Assembly: GCA_010093605.1 (NCBI GenBank)
Contig: MU004185.1
Span: 1,137,334-1,201,333, forward strand
DNA from: Lophium mytilinum
Taxonomy: Eukaryota
Direction of reading: 5' to 3'
Length of the DNA stretch: 64,000 nucleotides
The notes below the pieces were generated by a model. It searched no databases and was not told the origin of the DNA. It worked only from the letters and a program-made list of their open reading frames with translations. Of the stretch, positions 59,437 through 64,000 are shown piece after piece. Every line of letters begins with the position of its first letter. Position 1 is the stretch's first letter. A program made the position numbers and the translations under genes.

Positions 59437-60473
59437 ATGGCCTCCCTCTCCCACTTCCTCCACTCCCAACTCCGCGTCACCCTCCCCACCCCGACCACCT
59501 CCTTCACCAACCAAACCGTCATCGTAACCGGCAGCAACACCGGCCTGGGCAAAGAAGCCGCGCGCCACATCGCCGCCCTCAACTGCTCCCTCCTCATCCT
59601 CGCCGTGCGCGACGTCTCAAAAGGCGAGGCGGCGAAGCAGGACATCCTCGCGACGACTAAGCGCCCCGCCGCTACTATCGAGGTCTGGCCGCTCGACATG
59701 GGCAGCTACGCCTCCGTGCAAGCCTTCGCCGCGCGCGCAAACAAAGAGCTCGAGCGCGTCGACGTGCTGCTCGCCAACGCGGGCATCTCCACGGGGGTGT
59801 ATACGCGGCTTGAGGACAACGAGAGCACGATTACCGTGAACGTGGTTTCGACGTTCCTGCTAGCGCTGCTGATGCTGCCAAAGCTGCGGGAGACGGCGCA
59901 AAAATTTGGGACGACGCCGACGCTGACGGTGACGGCGTCGGAGGTGCATCACTGGACGAAGTTCGGGGAGCAGAACGCGGAGGAGGGAAAGATTTTTGAG
60001 ACGCTGAATGCGGAGAAGACGGCGAAGATGGGGGAGCGGTATATGACGAGTAAGCTGCTGGAGGTGTTTGGGGTGCGGGAGATGGCGGGGAGGGGAGGGG
60101 CCGCGGTGACGGTGAATTGCGTAAATCCTGGGTTGTGTTATTCGTGAGTTAGAGCGTGTAGCTGTCTTTTTTGGGTGGGAGGGATGGCTGACATGGTTAT
60201 AGGTCGTTGACGAGAGACAAGGGGTTCGCGGCGTGGGTGATGGCGGTCATGTTGGCGGCGCTTGCGCGGACTACGGAAGCTGGGAGTCGGACGTTGGTGC
60301 ATGCGGTGAGCTATGGGCCGGAGTCGCATGGCAAGTATCTTAGTGATTGTAAGATTGAGGAGCCGAGTGCCTTCGTGAGGAGCGAGGTGGGCCAGAAGAC
60401 TCAAGTTAGGGTTTGGGATGAGTTGACGAAGAAGCTGGAGGCCATCAGGCCAGGTGTGACGAAGAACTTGTAG
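59437..60473 (+). CDS. Short-chain dehydrogenase/reductase (retinol-dehydrogenase-like)
   Basis: VIVTGSNTGLGKEAARH, DVLLANAGI, YMTSK catalytic motif, VNPGLC; one intron about 60144-60202. Confidence 0.93.
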
Positions 60474-60754
60474 ACGCGACGTTGGTAGTGGATATGTAGA
60501 TGATGTTTTGACCTTTTTCCAATACCGGCAGAAGTTCCGGTATGCTAGTGAGCTCTTTCTATAGCGTTGTGTTGCCCGACTATAATCTTATGCACACTGA
60601 TTCGCCACCGCTTGAGATAGACCCGTGAAGTCTGAAATACACTAAGCAGAGATTTAAAGCTTCATACGTAGATATAAGTAAATTTAAGGTCGGCTGCCTT
60701 GCAATTCGGCTCTCGACAGTGATTCTGAAAAAAAAAAACAATTTTCCACTTTTC

Positions 60755-60900
60755 CACCCCCACCAGGATTCGAACCTAGCACCATTTAATTCTAAAGACG
60801 AGTCGATTTCGAATCCGCTTGACTTAGTATGGGAGCGGCGACTGATCGGATGCTGTATAGGTCGCAAATCCGGGGGTCAACTCCACTAAGCCATTGAGAG
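60755..60900 (-). ncRNA. tRNA-like Pol III element (degenerate tRNA or tRNA-derived ncRNA)
   Basis: A box TGGCTTAGTGG (60893-60883), B box GGTTCGAATCC (60776-60766) in a CTAGG/CCTGG T arm, T11 terminator (60738-60728); acceptor and D stems pair poorly. Confidence 0.6.
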
Positions 60901-61186
60901 ACCTTACGGGTCGTCTTTAGAATTGGTAGTGGAGAAAAATTAACTACTACTTATAGCCTAAAAATCTGTGCCACAGTTTAGCTTAGCAAAGCAAATGTCT
61001 GCCGGATGACGCTAAGAGGTGAATACATACCATGGTGACTCACATAGTCCGCACGTTCTACTAATAGGGCCGGAAAACAAGCACGCCCTTCTCGAAGCAG
61101 AAACACACCTAGGAGAGTACCCCATCTGTAGCTATTATGTGCTCTGAGCTATGGCCTAGAACATTTACTATTGACGAACTGTGGTA

Positions 61187-62794
61187 TTATAGCTCAACAG
61201 CAAATCGCTCTCTTAATCGGGCTCCAAAAGCGTAGAACGTCAACGGAGCCGGTGCCAAGAGTAGGCCCACGAACGCGAAGACCGAGATGCCCCATCCGTA
61301 ACCGTACTTGTCGAATAAAGCTGGCATGAAGAGCGGGACCACACCACCGGTAATCGATCTTACCACTGTTCCAGCGGCGATGGCGGAAGCCGCATACTTC
61401 TCGAAAGAATCGATGAAGTAATTTTGCGTCGTGTTAAGGATCATCACCTGACCAATCCCATAGAAAAAGGTGCTCGAAATGGAAGCGAGCCAATGGACTC
61501 GATGTCGTTCCTCGACTGTCCAAGCGAACCTTTACAACGTGAGTATTCACTACCGGAAGGTTGAAGACGAATCCGTAGCTTACCAGAAGAGAGACACGGG
61601 AATGAGAACGGCACCAATGTTGGCTAGTGGAAGTCGAAACTCCGGCCTCGCTTTATCGTCGTTCTCTCGGGTAAGCTTCTTGTACACTGTGTCAATCTTC
61701 GGAACCAAGAACCAAACAGCAGTCAAGCTCCCGGCGCCAGGCGCTAGATAGAGGAGTCCAACTTGCTCTGTACTCAAATTGTATGGCGATCCCGAGTAGA
61801 TGTCTTGCATATTAGTGTATATGCTGTACGTCGTAGCGAATACGAGAGCTTGGTAGATACCCATAGTTGTCACGATAGGCTGCGCGAAAATGCGAGCAGG
61901 GCGGAGACAGGACCGCGCAAGCTTCACTCGTAAGGGTCGGGAGTCTTCGCCCTCATAGCGGTACTGTGCATCCTTCGACTCGGTTTCGAGCTTGACTTTT
62001 CGAGCGGCAAGTATAGTTGGTGCGTACGTTTCTCGTAAGAAAAAGTATCCGACAATCGTGTTGACGCCGCACACAATAGCCAAGATCCAGAACACCCAGC
62101 GCCATCCCAGCCTCATGACAGTTATGCCCCCGAAGAGTGGACCTAGCGTTGGTCCAAGTAGTGGTCCTAAGAGATACCACCCAAACACTCCAGCTCTTTC
62201 TTGCGGCACAAACATATCACTTATGGTTCCGCCACCATTGGCAATTCCCACGGCCCCAAAGAAACCTGATATTGTGCGGAAGGCTATGAGGGAGGCAATG
62301 TTCGGCGATAAGGCGGTCGGCATCTGAAGGAGCGCGAACATCGTGAAGCACACTAGATACAGACGCCTTCGACCGAAGGTTTCTGACAAAGGCGCTAGTA
62401 TGAGAGGCCCGAGGCCTAGCATTACCAGGAACCCAGTCGTTGCCGCAATGACAGCAATTTCGGAGGCGTCAAACTCGTCTGCGATCTCAGAAATTCCTGG
62501 CGTAAACATTGCGCTTGCTAGAGGACTCAGGACTGAAGCCATATCAGCTAATTGGCCCTTGTCCAAAGGAAGCGTTGACATCTAACTAGCCATGAGTGCA
62601 ATGATAGCTACGTTGATGAGCTTTTTATGCCTCGACCACGCCCGCGGGTTTTCTGGGTCATCTTGAGAGAGCTCAAGAAGCTTCACGAAAGTTAGTTTGG
62701 GCTGGAGATTTGAGGCATTAGAACTTACGTGACGCTCATCAATGCCTCCTTCTTGGTTAACCTCTAAAAGCGGAGAACGCTCATTATGTGACAT
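61187..62794 (-). CDS. MFS drug:H+ antiporter (DHA1 family)
   Basis: DDPENPRAWS, GPLILAPLSETFGRR, GGGTISDMF, GPTLGPLFGG, ETYAP, PEFRLP, YFIDSFEKYAASAIAA; three introns. Confidence 0.93.
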
Positions 62795-63490
62795 ATTGTA
62801 CCGAAACGAAATGCTATCCAAAAGGGTTGTGTAGCGGGACAAAAAGCTACCTGAAACAATGATCACAAGTGAACAGAGGCTACAACACGAAGTTTGAGAA
62901 AGCTATAATGACGCAGAAACCGCTAGAACGTATCGGGAAAAGACCATCGGGCAGCGAACCTTGGGATCATGACGTGTAAGTGTCATCGATGTGAGAGGTC
63001 AGAGCTTCGACCAATCACATCTACTACCGATGTTTAGTCTTCCCGATCGAGAATGCATGGTGCAGCGATGTGTGTATATTGCTTTACTACTCCCGATTAT
63101 GCTATGTGAATCTCCTGTAGTACAGTGACAGGCCACAAGTCTGGGCACACTGGTACGCCACTGTTTGGGGTAACCCCACAGAGTTTTGAAGACTCAAGGG
63201 CCATGTCAAGCTTCAAGCAGTGCAGATTGGACTGCTTCTTGACTAGTCGCCTGCTCAGCAGCCAGGCTACCCCCAACAGCGGTGTTGGGTGGGCAAAGTG
63301 GAGCGAGCCCGTACCCAGACTTGTGGCCTAAGACTGTAAGGCATTAAGAACTCGCACAGCATTGCAAGCACCTGTCGAGGCATTCTAAGTGTAGTAAAGA
63401 AGTGGACGAGCCGATTTTGATGCCTTGGCCAATTTCGCGAGGTTGGTTTCTCGAATCAGTCAATTTTGCTTGTGGCCGCATCTTCTTAGG

Positions 63491-64000
63491 CTATGCACGT
63501 CCGTATCGATACTGGCGATGGTACTTGATCCTTTCAAGAACCGGTTTGGCAGTATGGCACCCTTCGATAAGGCAGCGATCGGTAAACTTGATTTCCGCTT
63601 CCTGAAAAGCGTCGTACACGTTTGGAGTAAAGTTGCCATGGTCCAGTATTGTGACGCTTTTAAGGTTTGGAAAGTCGGAGGGTCTTGCAAGTTGGGTGAT
63701 TCGAAACCCAGAGACCGGCTCGCCAAACGTTCCATGAATCGTTAGATGCACTAACGATCTGGGTAGGCTCTCAGCTAGAGCTGGAGGGCGACCAGCGCCG
63801 CTGTGTCTAAAGATGAGGGGCGTCGGGACAAAAATCGTGCGCAATTGTTGAAACTCGCGGAAGTTAATTAAGTGAATGGTTTCGGTCACTTTGCCGTGGT
63901 CTGCGTAAGAGACGTGGAAGCTCTCCAGCGAATGCTTCTGCACTTGAAGGCTATCCACAAGAGCGTCTACACATACCTTTGGAGGAAACATCGGTGTTTT
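63491..64000 (-). CDS. 3' part of a hypothetical protein (F-box/LRR-type C-terminus); start outside window
   Basis: Open frame to the window edge with QKHSLESF, FREFQQLRTIFVP, LAESLPRSLVHLTI, FPNLKSV, typical of fungal F-box/LRR-like tails. Confidence 0.55.
   Translation of the reverse strand, partial: KTPMFPPKVCVDALVDSLQVQKHSLESFHVSYADHGKVTETIHLINFREFQQLRTIFVPTPLIFRHSGAGRPPALAESLPRSLVHLTIHGTFGEPVSGFRITQLARPSDFPNLKSVTILDHGNFTPNVYDAFQEAEIKFTDRCLIEGCHTAKPVLERIKYHRQYRYGRA

Noticed and set aside
1..64000. Transposons, CRISPR arrays, rRNA, secondary-metabolite cluster
   Set aside because: No transposase/RT motifs, LTRs, TIRs, AT-rich RIP blocks, spaced repeats or rRNA seen. The ABM, AflY-like, SDR and MFS genes are scattered with no PKS/NRPS core gene.

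Overview
Intron-containing genomic DNA from a filamentous ascomycete (Pezizomycotina, inferred from gene content and GT..CTRAY..YAG introns). It holds about 20 intact protein-coding genes: a GPALPP/DUF3752 protein (partial), a GprM-like GPCR, a D-2-hydroxyacid dehydrogenase, a 1226-aa stand-alone helical-repeat protein, an unknown protein with a beta-pore-like hairpin, TVP23, a CitE-like lyase, a Goodbye-NACHT-TPR-ZZ NLR-like protein, a 74-aa tandem SHP-box microprotein, an ABM-domain protein, ErdS (AspRS-DUF2156), a questin-oxidase/AflY-like protein, an MRGE-type alpha-tubulin, an SMP/LEA-like protein, an MscS-like channel, COA3, Pta1, a sugar porter, an SDR, a DHA1 MFS transporter and a partial ORF at the right edge. 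Gene relics include a HET-6-like tail, a class-III aminotransferase tail and a head-to-head pair of disabled F-box-like paralogs. The most unusual signals are non-coding: (i) an otherwise perfect tRNA-Ser(AGA) interrupted in the T-stem by a 50-nt insert with spliceosomal-intron hallmarks (CAG|GAAAGC...ACTAAC...TAG|G); (ii) an ~800-nt ORF-less nested fold-back region; (iii) a tRNA minihelix (acceptor+T arm) in a spliced-looking structured locus; (iv) a degenerate tRNA-like Pol III element. All calls were made by eye, with no database searches.
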